Below, in pieces: positions 55,247 through 64,000 of a stretch of 64,000 bases of DNA; positions within the stretch are counted from its first letter, which is position 1, and each line of letters starts with the position of its first letter. Source of the stretch: a virus; the IMG/VR virus record IMGVR_UViG_3300024999_000008, positions 4,417-68,416 of that record; one strand, 5' to 3'. The translations under genes were made by a program, and so were the position numbers. Under the pieces are notes generated by a model. That model was not told the origin of the DNA. It did no database searches and saw only the letters and a list, made by a program, of their open reading frames with translations.

Positions 55247-55501
55247 TCATTCTCCATCCTCATGATTTAATGCTGCTATCAAATCATTATGCAAATCTTC
55301 TCTGGGATCAATCATAAAGTCTTTTGAGCTATTCATTAATTGGGCTTTTATCTCAGCTAAAACTTGTATCTGATAATTGAGATCTTTAATCTTTTCAGTA
55401 ATTGAAATTATACTAGCTTCTGTTAAGTCTTTATGAAGAAATTCTCGAAGTAGTGGTGCATAAATACCAGCTCTATCAAGTGTTTTCAGATGTGTTTTCA
55501 T
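55247..55501 (-). CDS. hypothetical protein
   Basis: 84 aa. Confidence 0.55.
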   Translation of the reverse strand: MKTHLKTLDRAGIYAPLLREFLHKDLTEASIISITEKIKDLNYQIQVLAEIKAQLMNSSKDFMIDPREDLHNDLIAALNHEDGE

Positions 55502-55670
55502 TACTTGTATCCTCCACTATTTTAATACAATCTTTAATTGCCTGTATGGTTGCTGCTGCTGTAACTCCATTAGGAATTATTACGTTAGCTGCATCTCTAG
55601 TTGGTTCTGCCTCTCGAGAAAGTAAGAAGGCTTGAAGTTTTTGTAATACTATAGCTTTGTATAAAATCAT
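55476..55670 (-). CDS. hypothetical protein
   Basis: 64 aa, GGAGG RBS. Confidence 0.5.
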   Translation of the reverse strand: MILYKAIVLQKLQAFLLSREAEPTRDAANVIIPNGVTAAATIQAIKDCIKIVEDTSNENTSENT

Positions 55671-55703
55671 TTTTAATACACCCTCCAGGTGTAGTTAATC
55701 ACT

Positions 55704-55928
55704 TCAGCTAATGCATGTAACTTCTGGCTCAGTAGAATTGCTAATCTTAATCACTGTTTGTTTTACTGGAACTGGAAAAGCTTTAACAAGTTTTTTATCT
55801 GTTGTAAGTCCAAGTGCAATATTTAATCGTTTAACCATGCCAGCCAGCCAATCTCCATGAGATTTGAACTGTAATAACTCGCATTCATCTAAAGCGTTTT
55901 GTAAGTCTAGTTCAGTTAGTTTTTTCAT
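55704..55928 (-). CDS. hypothetical protein
   Basis: 74 aa. Confidence 0.55.
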   Translation of the reverse strand: MKKLTELDLQNALDECELLQFKSHGDWLAGMVKRLNIALGLTTDKKLVKAFPVPVKQTVIKISNSTEPEVTCIS

Positions 55929-55937
55929 AAATTTGCA

Positions 55938-56273
55938 CTAGTTTTCATGCGTAAGTATCTTATTAATTTCTTGTTCTTTCTCAGCTATCTTTGTATAAAG
56001 CATCCCTGCATAGTGTGCAATCTTTAGCAGGTCAAGTCTCTGTTGACCTTCACGAGAGTTCTTTCCATATCGATTTAGATACTTTTTCATCTGGGTGATA
56101 AAATCAGATTCGCTAAACTCTGAACATTGATCTGATCCTTTATCTCCATACTGTGGAACAGTATATTGTTCAATGTGATGAAATACTTTTTTACTAAACT
56201 TTACCCATTCAATTGCACGTAATGAAAAACCAGGATCGTAATCTTCTTCTGCTGGACAAGGATCAATTTGCAT
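55938..56273 (-). CDS. hypothetical protein, weakly DUF3310/T7 gp1.7-like
   Basis: KKYLNRYGKN...DLLKIAHYA resembles the KY..R.G.K...DL.KA..Y pattern. Confidence 0.45.
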   Translation of the reverse strand: MQIDPCPAEEDYDPGFSLRAIEWVKFSKKVFHHIEQYTVPQYGDKGSDQCSEFSESDFITQMKKYLNRYGKNSREGQQRLDLLKIAHYAGMLYTKIAEKEQEINKILTHEN

Positions 56274-56275
56274 AG

Positions 56276-56554
56276 TTAAGCTCCATTATTATGTTTTTCT
56301 ATTTTTGCTACAAGATCTTTTAAGCCTTTTTCAATCTTATAAAGCCTTTCAAGTTCATCAGCAGCTTGCAATCTTGCTGCACGTAATTCATGTTCTGCCT
56401 GATTATAGATATTTGCAATTTCTCCAACTTGAGGAATACAAATTGCTAATCCATTTTCTAATTTTATATTTGTTATATCAATTAAAAGTTTTTCCATTGT
56501 AACTTGACGTTCTTGTGCAGTTTTATATTGTTTTTCCCATGAGCATATAGACAT
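56276..56554 (-). CDS. hypothetical protein
   Basis: 92 aa, GGAG RBS. Confidence 0.55.
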   Translation of the reverse strand: MSICSWEKQYKTAQERQVTMEKLLIDITNIKLENGLAICIPQVGEIANIYNQAEHELRAARLQAADELERLYKIEKGLKDLVAKIEKHNNGA

Positions 56555-56644
56555 ATGATATCTCCAAGTATATAATTTTTAAGTTTTGTTTAGATATTTT
56601 ATTCATTTGAATTCAGGTTCGGAATAACAATTCCTCCATTTAAA

Positions 56645-56860
56645 TTAAAGATTTTTTATTTTTGCTAACTTTCTATCTTCAAGTATGCTTAATGTATGCT
56701 GCCTATCTTCTTCAGTTGAATTTAAAATTATATACCAAAGATTTTCATCTGTTGACCAATGATCAACAAAAACTATATTATTTCCTTTTTGACGCTCAGC
56801 TTCAAAACAGTTAGTCATGTGGACAATTAAAATGCCATATAGATTATCTTCATTATGCAT
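56645..56860 (-). CDS. hypothetical protein (AT-rich insert)
   Basis: 71 aa between duplicated exonuclease 3' ends. Confidence 0.55.
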   Translation of the reverse strand: MHNEDNLYGILIVHMTNCFEAERQKGNNIVFVDHWSTDENLWYIILNSTEEDRQHTLSILEDRKLAKIKNL

Positions 56861-56920
56861 TTAGTTTCATCCTTTAAAGTAAAAATTCAGTTTTTTCTTC
56901 ATTTTTTTTCTCCATTTAAA

Positions 56921-57547
56921 CTATATTTGCTGAAGATTCGGAATAACAATTCCTCTATTTACCAACTCAAAAAAGCACCTTTTAGTTGCGCTGATATCCG
57001 CATAGGCGTCATGAGCTCCATCAAAGCATTCACCAAATAAGTGCTCATGCAGCTCGGTTAGCTTGGGCCATTTTGCACGTCCAGCCTTGTTTTTCAGGCC
57101 ACACATTTTTACCACATTCTTATCCTTCATGGTACAATGGTTTGGAAGATCAAGATAGAATGCACTTCTCGCCAGGTCAGATAGTTCTTCCAGGTTGCGT
57201 TCCATCATCTGGTAAACATAGTTCCAATCAAAAGCAAAGTTATGACAGACTACCAGGTCTGCCTGCCGAAGCATTAAGCCAAATTGTTCAGCCGCAATTA
57301 GTTCATCTATACCTTCTTGGTCGGCTCGCTCAATGGTGATGCCATGCACTTCTTGAGCATAATAATTCATTGATCTGCCATTACTTTTGATGATGACATT
57401 CATTTGATCAAATTCTTCTTCTTGACTGGCAAGAATTGCACCAATCTGTACTGTCCAGGCCTGCTCGGGATCGTTAGCAGGCAGAGCTTTTTTAATAAAG
57501 TCAGAAGTTTCAGTGTCAAAGAATAGTACTTTTGTAGCTGGTGTCAT
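56921..57547 (-). CDS. DEDDh 3'-5' exonuclease (DnaQ-like)
   Basis: FFDTETS, VCHNFAFD, AHDAYADI. Confidence 0.9.
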   Translation of the reverse strand: MTPATKVLFFDTETSDFIKKALPANDPEQAWTVQIGAILASQEEEFDQMNVIIKSNGRSMNYYAQEVHGITIERADQEGIDELIAAEQFGLMLRQADLVVCHNFAFDWNYVYQMMERNLEELSDLARSAFYLDLPNHCTMKDKNVVKMCGLKNKAGRAKWPKLTELHEHLFGECFDGAHDAYADISATKRCFFELVNRGIVIPNLQQI

Positions 57548-57563
57548 TTAGTTTCTCCATTTA

Positions 57564-57869
57564 TTAATTATTTTTATCTTCCCAAAATCTTGCCCTAGCA
57601 TACTTTAGCATTTCTTTCATTTGATTATTAATCCATCCAGGAACTTTCTTTTTAGCAGCTAATTCTATTTCTTTTAAAGCTATTTCCTGACATTTATCTT
57701 CTATAACTTTTGAAAAGGATGAATTTTGAAACTCTCTAATAATGGTTTCTTTAACACACTCTTCAATTATTTTACTTAAAGAATAACTATAACTTGATCC
57801 AGTAAGACTATTTTTTATATAAGACTTTATATGATTTTCTATAACTTCATCTGGAATTTCAAAGTTCAT
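57564..57869 (-). CDS. hypothetical protein (AT-rich insert)
   Basis: 101 aa flanked by a duplicated junction sequence. Confidence 0.6.
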   Translation of the reverse strand: MNFEIPDEVIENHIKSYIKNSLTGSSYSYSLSKIIEECVKETIIREFQNSSFSKVIEDKCQEIALKEIELAAKKKVPGWINNQMKEMLKYARARFWEDKNN

Positions 57870-57886
57870 TTTAGTTTTTCTCCATT

Positions 57887-59158
57887 TTAGTTTTTCTCCA
57901 TTTGATTTTTAATAACATTCCTATCCATCAACCTAAAGATTGTTCTGTCAAGATATGTTGGATCCCTAACTTTGTGTTGCTTACGAACTGTGGTATATCT
58001 GCAAGTTGTAGCGGAATTCTCGGCTTTGAGTATCCCTGATTGTTCAGCCATTTCAACATAGCCACGTAGCTGAGGGATGTTGTCTACATCCAGGTGAAAG
58101 TTCCTAACTAGTTCTGTCCACTCAAAAGATTCGTGAGCATCAATGAAGGACAGGATTTTAGCATAGATGTTAGCTTGACTGGATAAGCCAAGTCCATAGA
58201 ACGCGTTTGGCATCTCAAGTTCTGTTGCTTGCATTATAGCTAAGGCTTGCTCGAAATGTTCAGCCGTGATGATCATTTCATCAGACTCGGCGGCACAGAC
58301 AAGCATGCAGACCTTATTCAAATGAAGCGGGCGCCTATGATTATAGCCTAAAAATCGCTCACTTGGCACACCTGACTCGTCATAGTCTTGCTCATACCAA
58401 CGAACATAAGTCTTGAGAAAATCCTTACTTAGAGTGAACTGTCCAGATAAGTTTGCAATTTCCTGGAGGTCATTTTCTAACCTTTTTTGTGTATCTTCCT
58501 CCTCTTCAGTTAAAAACTGTAAGGCTCTTCTTTGCTTGGGACCCTGGCCAACTACGAAAATAATCCGGGAGATTAGGCCACCACCAACTGCGTCTTGACT
58601 CAGCTTAGATTGCAATAGACTAGGAGTTATGCAGCCAAAAAGCGTTAGCCAGCAATTGGATATGTCTTCAGTCTTCCTGGCTAGGGTTTTATACTTCCAA
58701 GTATCTGCACAATCGAATAGGTCAGTCAGGGATGCTAGGAGCATCTGGTCTCTGTCGTTCAGAAAGACTTGAAATTCTTCTGACCATATTGATACACTCT
58801 TATGCTTGCGAGTAAATCCAGCATGATCAACATAAGTATCTTCGCTGTCCATGAGTTCTTTATACAACGCTTGGGTTGATCCTAGCGAATCTGCTCCAAT
58901 ATTAACATCTAATTTTTGTACAAAGCTCTTTGCAATTTTCATGGCTGTGCCTTTCCGTCCCCCAGGTGGACCGACAAGAGATACGAATAAGTTAGGATAA
59001 ACATAACCACGAAGTGCTCCCCAGTTGCAATAACACTTTCTTCGCAAGGCGGAGCTAATAGCTGTTAGTCCGCTCCAAAGATGGTATAGTTCTGGTGGCT
59101 CTGTTCGCTGTGTATACTTCATATAATGAGCTAACCAATTATCTAATTGCCTCGACAT
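57887..59158 (-). CDS. DUF3987/YfjI-like P-loop ATPase (primase-helicase associated)
   Basis: YPNLFVSLVGPPGGRKGT, SEEF, GGGLISRIIFV. Confidence 0.75.
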   Translation of the reverse strand: MSRQLDNWLAHYMKYTQRTEPPELYHLWSGLTAISSALRRKCYCNWGALRGYVYPNLFVSLVGPPGGRKGTAMKIAKSFVQKLDVNIGADSLGSTQALYKELMDSEDTYVDHAGFTRKHKSVSIWSEEFQVFLNDRDQMLLASLTDLFDCADTWKYKTLARKTEDISNCWLTLFGCITPSLLQSKLSQDAVGGGLISRIIFVVGQGPKQRRALQFLTEEEEDTQKRLENDLQEIANLSGQFTLSKDFLKTYVRWYEQDYDESGVPSERFLGYNHRRPLHLNKVCMLVCAAESDEMIITAEHFEQALAIMQATELEMPNAFYGLGLSSQANIYAKILSFIDAHESFEWTELVRNFHLDVDNIPQLRGYVEMAEQSGILKAENSATTCRYTTVRKQHKVRDPTYLDRTIFRLMDRNVIKNQMEKN

Positions 59159-59238
59159 GAAAAGGTTCCTTGAATAGCTACGTACTATTTAATGGGCTTT
59201 CCCATTTTATTATCTCTATAAATTTATACTTTTATAAA

Positions 59239-59463
59239 TTAAAAAGTTTGCTTCAAAACTTCTCTCTTTAAAAAAGTATTTCCACAGTGAGGGCAACCAT
59301 TCCAATAAAAAACAATTAAACATTTTTTACATCTTACATCATCTGGATAGTTTGATATTTCTTTAAATATTAAATCAATTTGACTTTTTAAAAACTTTTC
59401 AGTTAATAGAGCTCTGTTATAACTATTTCCATATGTTTTATAAATAAATTTATTATTTGCCAT
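59239..59463 (-). CDS. small zinc-ribbon protein
   Basis: CKKC...CPHCG; AT-rich. Confidence 0.55.
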   Translation of the reverse strand: MANNKFIYKTYGNSYNRALLTEKFLKSQIDLIFKEISNYPDDVRCKKCLIVFYWNGCPHCGNTFLKREVLKQTF

Positions 59464-59464
59464 A

Positions 59465-61987
59465 TTAAAATCCTATCTTCTCAATTGCTTTATCACATTC
59501 TTCCTGAGTGAACTTACTGATTTCAGCCGTGTTACCAGCCCATTGCGTGCCAATCTTGGCATCCAAGCCGATGGTAAAACTTTTTCCTTTGTAAGTAAAT
59601 GTATGAGTCAGATGATCTTTAATGATAAGAAGGATCTGAGGCAAGTTTGAAATCTGGCTTTTATGAAATCTAAATACAAACGAATCATGAACAGTTGTCA
59701 TGCAACGAATATCAAAACCATCTTTGCCAAGCCGAGGATCATTTACTGCTTTAACCATTCCTCGATTGAGTAATTCTGCAACAGTTGACTGAGGCTTGTA
59801 GCTATAAGCATTTCTGAATAATGCTGCATTCATTTCACCTAAGAACCTGCGAGGCCGACCAAATAAGTTGTATAGAACTCGATTCTTTTGAACCTCTTCT
59901 TCGATTGATCTATGCCAGCGTTTCAGTCCAGGAAAGCGGTCAGAATAACTATCAAGTAACCTTTTGCATTCTGACTGAGACTTGAAAATTTCCTCAGCCG
60001 CTAGATTATCAGAGAATGTCTGTGGACCCATTGCGTAGTTGCTGGCATGGACGACTTTCTTACCCATGTAACGCATGGTAGCTTTCTGATCAGCCTTTTT
60101 AGTTTTAGCTTCATGTATAACGTCTTCTATTGGAACGTTAAATATCTTGCTTGCATTAAAACTATGCACATCTATTCCTGATTCAAACGACTGGATCATG
60201 TTGGCATCTTGAGTAAGGTATGCAACTACATGAGCCTCTGCTTTTGCAAGATCAACCTCACAAAGAATCCAACCATCTTCTGTAATGAGATAATATTTGA
60301 AAACATACGGCTGGTTCTGCAAGTTTGACCCGGTTCCAAAGTATGTTTTTTCTGTAGCTATTCTTCCGGATACTGTTCCAGATATTTTGTGATTACAACG
60401 TAGTTTCTTATCATCATCGACTTGAATATTAAAGTAAGTTGATACCATCTTTTGGTACTTTCTAATCTTTATGATGATTCTAGCTTCTTCAGATCCTTTA
60501 ACATCTTTCTTTGCAATTCTGTGTAAGGCTACAGTATCGCATGTGACTGAGCCAGTTTTGCGATTTACATATGGCTTGATCATACAAGTTCCGTAGAAGT
60601 ATGCAACCATTTGTTTTGCTGAACCTGGATTAATTTCTTTGCCTGCAAGTTTATTCAACTCTGCTTGAAGCTCGATCAGTTTGATTTCATACTCAGATTT
60701 GATCTTTTCAATACCGTCTGTATCAGTCAGGATGCCATTGAATTCCATTTCCATTAACGGCTTATGGAGATTCATTGTATAATCCATAGCATCCATAGAA
60801 TCGAATTCACCCAACTCTTCAAGGAGCTTCTCAGTTATTGGCAATAAGTATGCTGAGTCTTTGGCATTATAAGTCCAGTATTGTGGCCAGTTCTTAATAG
60901 TCTTAAGATGAGATTGCTTTCCTTCATCTTTGTAGTAGGGATAATATGTGTATGTTGAAGTTAGATAATCAAGACCTTTCGGGAGTTCTGTATAACATAT
61001 ATGCTGTGCAAGCATTGTATCAAAATAAAAGTTATCTGTTTTAATCATCATGGTACGGAAAGTAAACATGATATCAAACATTCCATTTTGACAAATCTTA
61101 CCTATGGCTTCATTATTAAGTATTTCAGCTAGGCCAGTCCAGATTTTTATCTCTTCTGCTGTTGCCCAATAGTTGCCCTGGTTGTTCATTAGAGGAACAG
61201 ACATAGAGAGAATCTTATTATCGTGATATACTGCCAATGAGTAGCAGGTAATAAATTCTGGGGTAGCTTCAATGTCGAAAGCTACATATTGCTTTGTCTT
61301 AATCAAGGCGTAAAACTGCATGATTTCTTCAAAGCTAGGCTTGATTTTTATTTCCACATTATCGACAAGCAATTCTGGATCTTCAATAATTCGCAGAGCC
61401 TTCGTGAAGTCTGCAATCATCGTGTAGAAGTGGATAGGCTGTCCGTATGGGAGAGTGAAAGATGGATGATAAGACAAACCGATTATTTTGCCAGCAAGTT
61501 TATCTTTCAAATGAGGGAAGTCTTCTGCATGGTAGAAAGAACCACGATATTTTGTGATTGAATCGAACTTAGGCTCATCCAGTAAGAGTCGCATTGGAGT
61601 TGCACCAAGTAACATTATGACTTTGCCCGGGAATTGGGCAAGCTCATCAATTAGTGCTGCTTGCAATTTGCTCCAGTCTGGATGACGATAGCCTTTGTCA
61701 GTCCATAATACAGCGGTATTATTTTTGGGAAACTTAGCTTTGCAAGCATTGGTTAGATAGATTTTGTATCTTGCTAGTCTGACTGCTGCACAGATACGAT
61801 TGAGCTGAGAGCCTGTCGGCCCTACGAATGGTTCGTTCTTCAGGACTTCAATTTCGCCTGGAGCTTCGCCGACCATAGCGATTTCAGCCGTGAGAATATT
61901 ATCAGTTGGCGCGCACTCTACAGCCAATGCATCGAAAGAACCTTCTTTCTGCGGAGTTGCTGTAGTTGATATGCTAGGAATGATCAT
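59465..61987 (-). CDS. polA: family A DNA polymerase with N-terminal uracil-DNA glycosylase domain and 3'-5' exonuclease
   Basis: UDG-4 motifs VGEAPG, PFVGPTG, YLTNACK, YHPS; exonuclease FDIE, QNGMFD, YNAKD; polymerase DLAKAE, RYMGKKVVHASNY, TVHDS. Confidence 0.92.
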   Translation of the reverse strand: MIIPSISTTATPQKEGSFDALAVECAPTDNILTAEIAMVGEAPGEIEVLKNEPFVGPTGSQLNRICAAVRLARYKIYLTNACKAKFPKNNTAVLWTDKGYRHPDWSKLQAALIDELAQFPGKVIMLLGATPMRLLLDEPKFDSITKYRGSFYHAEDFPHLKDKLAGKIIGLSYHPSFTLPYGQPIHFYTMIADFTKALRIIEDPELLVDNVEIKIKPSFEEIMQFYALIKTKQYVAFDIEATPEFITCYSLAVYHDNKILSMSVPLMNNQGNYWATAEEIKIWTGLAEILNNEAIGKICQNGMFDIMFTFRTMMIKTDNFYFDTMLAQHICYTELPKGLDYLTSTYTYYPYYKDEGKQSHLKTIKNWPQYWTYNAKDSAYLLPITEKLLEELGEFDSMDAMDYTMNLHKPLMEMEFNGILTDTDGIEKIKSEYEIKLIELQAELNKLAGKEINPGSAKQMVAYFYGTCMIKPYVNRKTGSVTCDTVALHRIAKKDVKGSEEARIIIKIRKYQKMVSTYFNIQVDDDKKLRCNHKISGTVSGRIATEKTYFGTGSNLQNQPYVFKYYLITEDGWILCEVDLAKAEAHVVAYLTQDANMIQSFESGIDVHSFNASKIFNVPIEDVIHEAKTKKADQKATMRYMGKKVVHASNYAMGPQTFSDNLAAEEIFKSQSECKRLLDSYSDRFPGLKRWHRSIEEEVQKNRVLYNLFGRPRRFLGEMNAALFRNAYSYKPQSTVAELLNRGMVKAVNDPRLGKDGFDIRCMTTVHDSFVFRFHKSQISNLPQILLIIKDHLTHTFTYKGKSFTIGLDAKIGTQWAGNTAEISKFTQEECDKAIEKIGF

Positions 61988-61999
61988 TGCTAGTTCCTT

Positions 62000-62176
62000 T
62001 TAATTTAATTCTTTTTCTTCTATTATAGGAACATCTATCCATTCAGAAGTTGCTTCATTAAAATATTGTAATGTATCATAATTTACTATTTTCATTGGAT
62101 TCGGTCCACCATACCTAACATCCATAGGATGACAATCTAATTGTTTAGAATATCTTCTTAAAATTCTTAATTTCAT
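62000..62176 (-). CDS. hypothetical protein (58 aa, not in ORF track)
   Basis: MKLRILRRYSKQ...TLQYFNEATSEWIDVPII. Confidence 0.55.
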   Translation of the reverse strand: MKLRILRRYSKQLDCHPMDVRYGGPNPMKIVNYDTLQYFNEATSEWIDVPIIEEKELN

Positions 62177-62178
62177 TT

Positions 62179-62448
62179 TTATATCCTATCCTTAGTTAAT
62201 GCTCCTGGGTTCGGAGCTTTAATCTCTTGCTTACAATCCAAGCACAGGTAAGAACGAACTCGTATAACATTTGCACTTATCATACTAACCGCAAAGTTAT
62301 AATTTGGCTCATTCTTATAGCCGTTCGGCCAGCTCTTAGAGGCAAAACCTATTTCGAGTGGCACGATGTTTTTATGTAGGCAACAGTTAGAACCAGGCAT
62401 GATGGGAGCTTTTTCAGAATTTAACTGGCCTACAGAATATTTTGTCAT
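62179..62448 (-). CDS. Cys-containing hypothetical protein
   Basis: CCLHKN...YLCLDC. Confidence 0.6.
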   Translation of the reverse strand: MTKYSVGQLNSEKAPIMPGSNCCLHKNIVPLEIGFASKSWPNGYKNEPNYNFAVSMISANVIRVRSYLCLDCKQEIKAPNPGALTKDRI

Positions 62449-62475
62449 TTTAGAATACCTTGATTAATATGAAAA

Positions 62476-62745
62476 TTAAGCTCCAGGAGAATAAAAAATT
62501 ATATTAAAATTTTCATCTGCTAATATCCAAGAATAGCTAGGTAAAATTTTTGACCTCTCCAATGGAGTTTCTAATTTGATTTCAGAAGTAAAAATAATTT
62601 CTAAGCATTCACTAAATGAATAACTTTCAGATATTAACAATCTAAATTTTATATTATCTCCTAAAATTTCTTTAATTTTTGCCTTTGCATAATTATAAGA
62701 ACTTACAGTAAAATCCATTTCTGGAGTACATTTTATAAAATCCAT
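62476..62745 (-). CDS. hypothetical protein (AT-rich insert)
   Basis: 89 aa, AAGGAG RBS, ends YSPGA. Confidence 0.6.
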   Translation of the reverse strand: MDFIKCTPEMDFTVSSYNYAKAKIKEILGDNIKFRLLISESYSFSECLEIIFTSEIKLETPLERSKILPSYSWILADENFNIIFYSPGA

Positions 62746-62746
62746 A

Positions 62747-62806
62747 TTAAACTCCTTTTATAGGTGCCTTCTGTTCTGATAGTTGACCTACTTTATATTT
62801 TGTCAT
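62747..62806 (-). pseudogene. 19-aa remnant duplicating the N-terminus of 62179..62448
   Basis: MTKYKVGQLSEQKAPIKGV vs MTKYSVGQLNSEKAPIMPG. Confidence 0.7.
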
Positions 62807-62826
62807 AATAAATACATAACCTAATT

Positions 62827-63039
62827 TTATTTTGCAGCAACTAAAACAGATTTTCCTTTTATACCTTTTGCAGCAATAACTCCATATATTTCTTTTGCAT
62901 TATCATATACTGGTCTTACAGTATCACTGTCTAACCATACAACATCATTCACATCAAAGCCATCTCCAGCAATATGCAGTTGTGGATTTTTAATTAATCC
63001 ACTGGGTAATTCTACAACATATCTATTATCTTTTCTCAT
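62827..63039 (-). CDS. hypothetical protein
   Basis: 70 aa. Confidence 0.55.
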   Translation of the reverse strand: MRKDNRYVVELPSGLIKNPQLHIAGDGFDVNDVVWLDSDTVRPVYDNAKEIYGVIAAKGIKGKSVLVAAK

Positions 63040-63040
63040 A

Positions 63041-64000
63041 TTAAAGTCCCTCCACTTCAGCAGTTATTCCCAGATAGTTTTCAAGCCTCTGGTAAAATTC
63101 TGGAATATACTTCTGGCTCTTATCACAACCAACTGGCATCATTTTTTCTTTGGCTGCACTAATCAAGCAATTCCCAGAACCAGCAAATAAACTCATAAAG
63201 ATAGTTCCAGGCTTTCCTAAGGCTTTTAAGAAATGATCATAAAGCTCTATAGGCTTTTCCCACTGATGGATTCGTTGACTAGAACTGACTGTACTTATGT
63301 TAATTGAAGACGACAAGCTAGGCGTATTGAATTGTGCATTTCCCTTACGCAGCAAAAGGAACATTTCCCAGTTGCTCACCATGTTTGTTTTAGGTTTATT
63401 AGTACTTCCTCCAACTTTGTTCCATGAACCTGGAGACTGAGTACCAAAGCCTATTTCTCTAGCAATGTTGTTGATTTGTATAAAATGTTCTTTGCCTGTC
63501 CAAACTAAAGCCCAACTACAATCAAGCATCTTCTCATAGACTAATGGGAGATAATTAAAGTAGAAGTCATAAAGCTCTTTTTCATCCCAATCTTGAGCCT
63601 TGCATTCGATCTTATTCGTTTTACCATAATTGTCGTTGAAATCAATTGCATATGGAGGATCAAGTTCTACCATTCCCACAGAGTTGTTAGGAATCTTATC
63701 GAGAAAGGTTTTGTAGTTTTCGGCTACATAAATTACTTGAATGTTAGATCTGATTGGTTCTTGTTCATCGTCAAGTTCTTGTTCATCTTCATCGAACTCG
63801 GTAAGTCTTTTTTTGGCTTGCTTGGTTTTCTCAAATACATTCTGAGTTACAGTATTTTTTATAGGTGCTGTCATGGTTCCATTCTGTAACGCAACTAAAC
63901 GCCCTTTTTCAGCATCGGTAAAACTTCCCATTCGCTGAAGTGCCTTAGCTTGTTCACCGAGAGCTTTGTATGCTTCTTTAGCTCGGCCTTTAGTAGACTG
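63041..64000 (-). CDS. beta-class N6A/N4C DNA methyltransferase, 5' end outside the window
   Basis: LDPPY precedes HQWEKP and LFAGSG; frame is open to position 64000. Confidence 0.85.
   Translation of the reverse strand, partial: QSTKGRAKEAYKALGEQAKALQRMGSFTDAEKGRLVALQNGTMTAPIKNTVTQNVFEKTKQAKKRLTEFDEDEQELDDEQEPIRSNIQVIYVAENYKTFLDKIPNNSVGMVELDPPYAIDFNDNYGKTNKIECKAQDWDEKELYDFYFNYLPLVYEKMLDCSWALVWTGKEHFIQINNIAREIGFGTQSPGSWNKVGGSTNKPKTNMVSNWEMFLLLRKGNAQFNTPSLSSSINISTVSSSQRIHQWEKPIELYDHFLKALGKPGTIFMSLFAGSGNCLISAAKEKMMPVGCDKSQKYIPEFYQRLENYLGITAEVEGL

Noticed and set aside
1-64000. Alternative genetic code, prophage boundaries, or circular/terminal overlap
   Set aside because: Core genes are full length in the standard code, no integrase or host genes are present, and the window ends do not overlap (the right end cuts a gene).

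Overview
The window is most of a tailed dsDNA bacteriophage genome (podovirus-like: P22-type terminase/portal, no tape measure, very large ejection-type protein). It uses the standard genetic code, and no integrase or RNA polymerase is visible. Layout: (i) 1-18.2 kb, minus-strand early/middle arm with a Sak4-type recombination trio, HNH, UvrD-like helicase, DprA/SLOG protein, endonuclease V-like glycosylase, many small ORFs, sigma70 promoters and repeat-rich non-coding blocks at 15.2-18.7 kb; (ii) 18.7-53.6 kb, plus-strand late arm with terminase, portal, GroES, scaffold, capsid, an exported-protein/lysis island, tail and ejection proteins; (iii) 53.7-64 kb, minus-strand replication arm with a RepL-like protein, ThyX, DEDDh exonuclease, DUF3987-like ATPase, UDG-fused family A polymerase and a methyltransferase cut by the window edge. 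The most unusual features are a tRNA-shaped RNA whose anticodon loop is replaced by 84 nt, followed directly by a second multi-hairpin RNA (4287-4543); an origin/pac-like element of 10-bp-phased repeats around a 15-bp inverted repeat; three ribbon-helix-helix paralogs; small AT-rich genes flanked by duplicated gene junctions; and an internally deleted DUF2829/Tad2-like gene. All family calls are from motif recognition by eye; no searches or folding programs were run.
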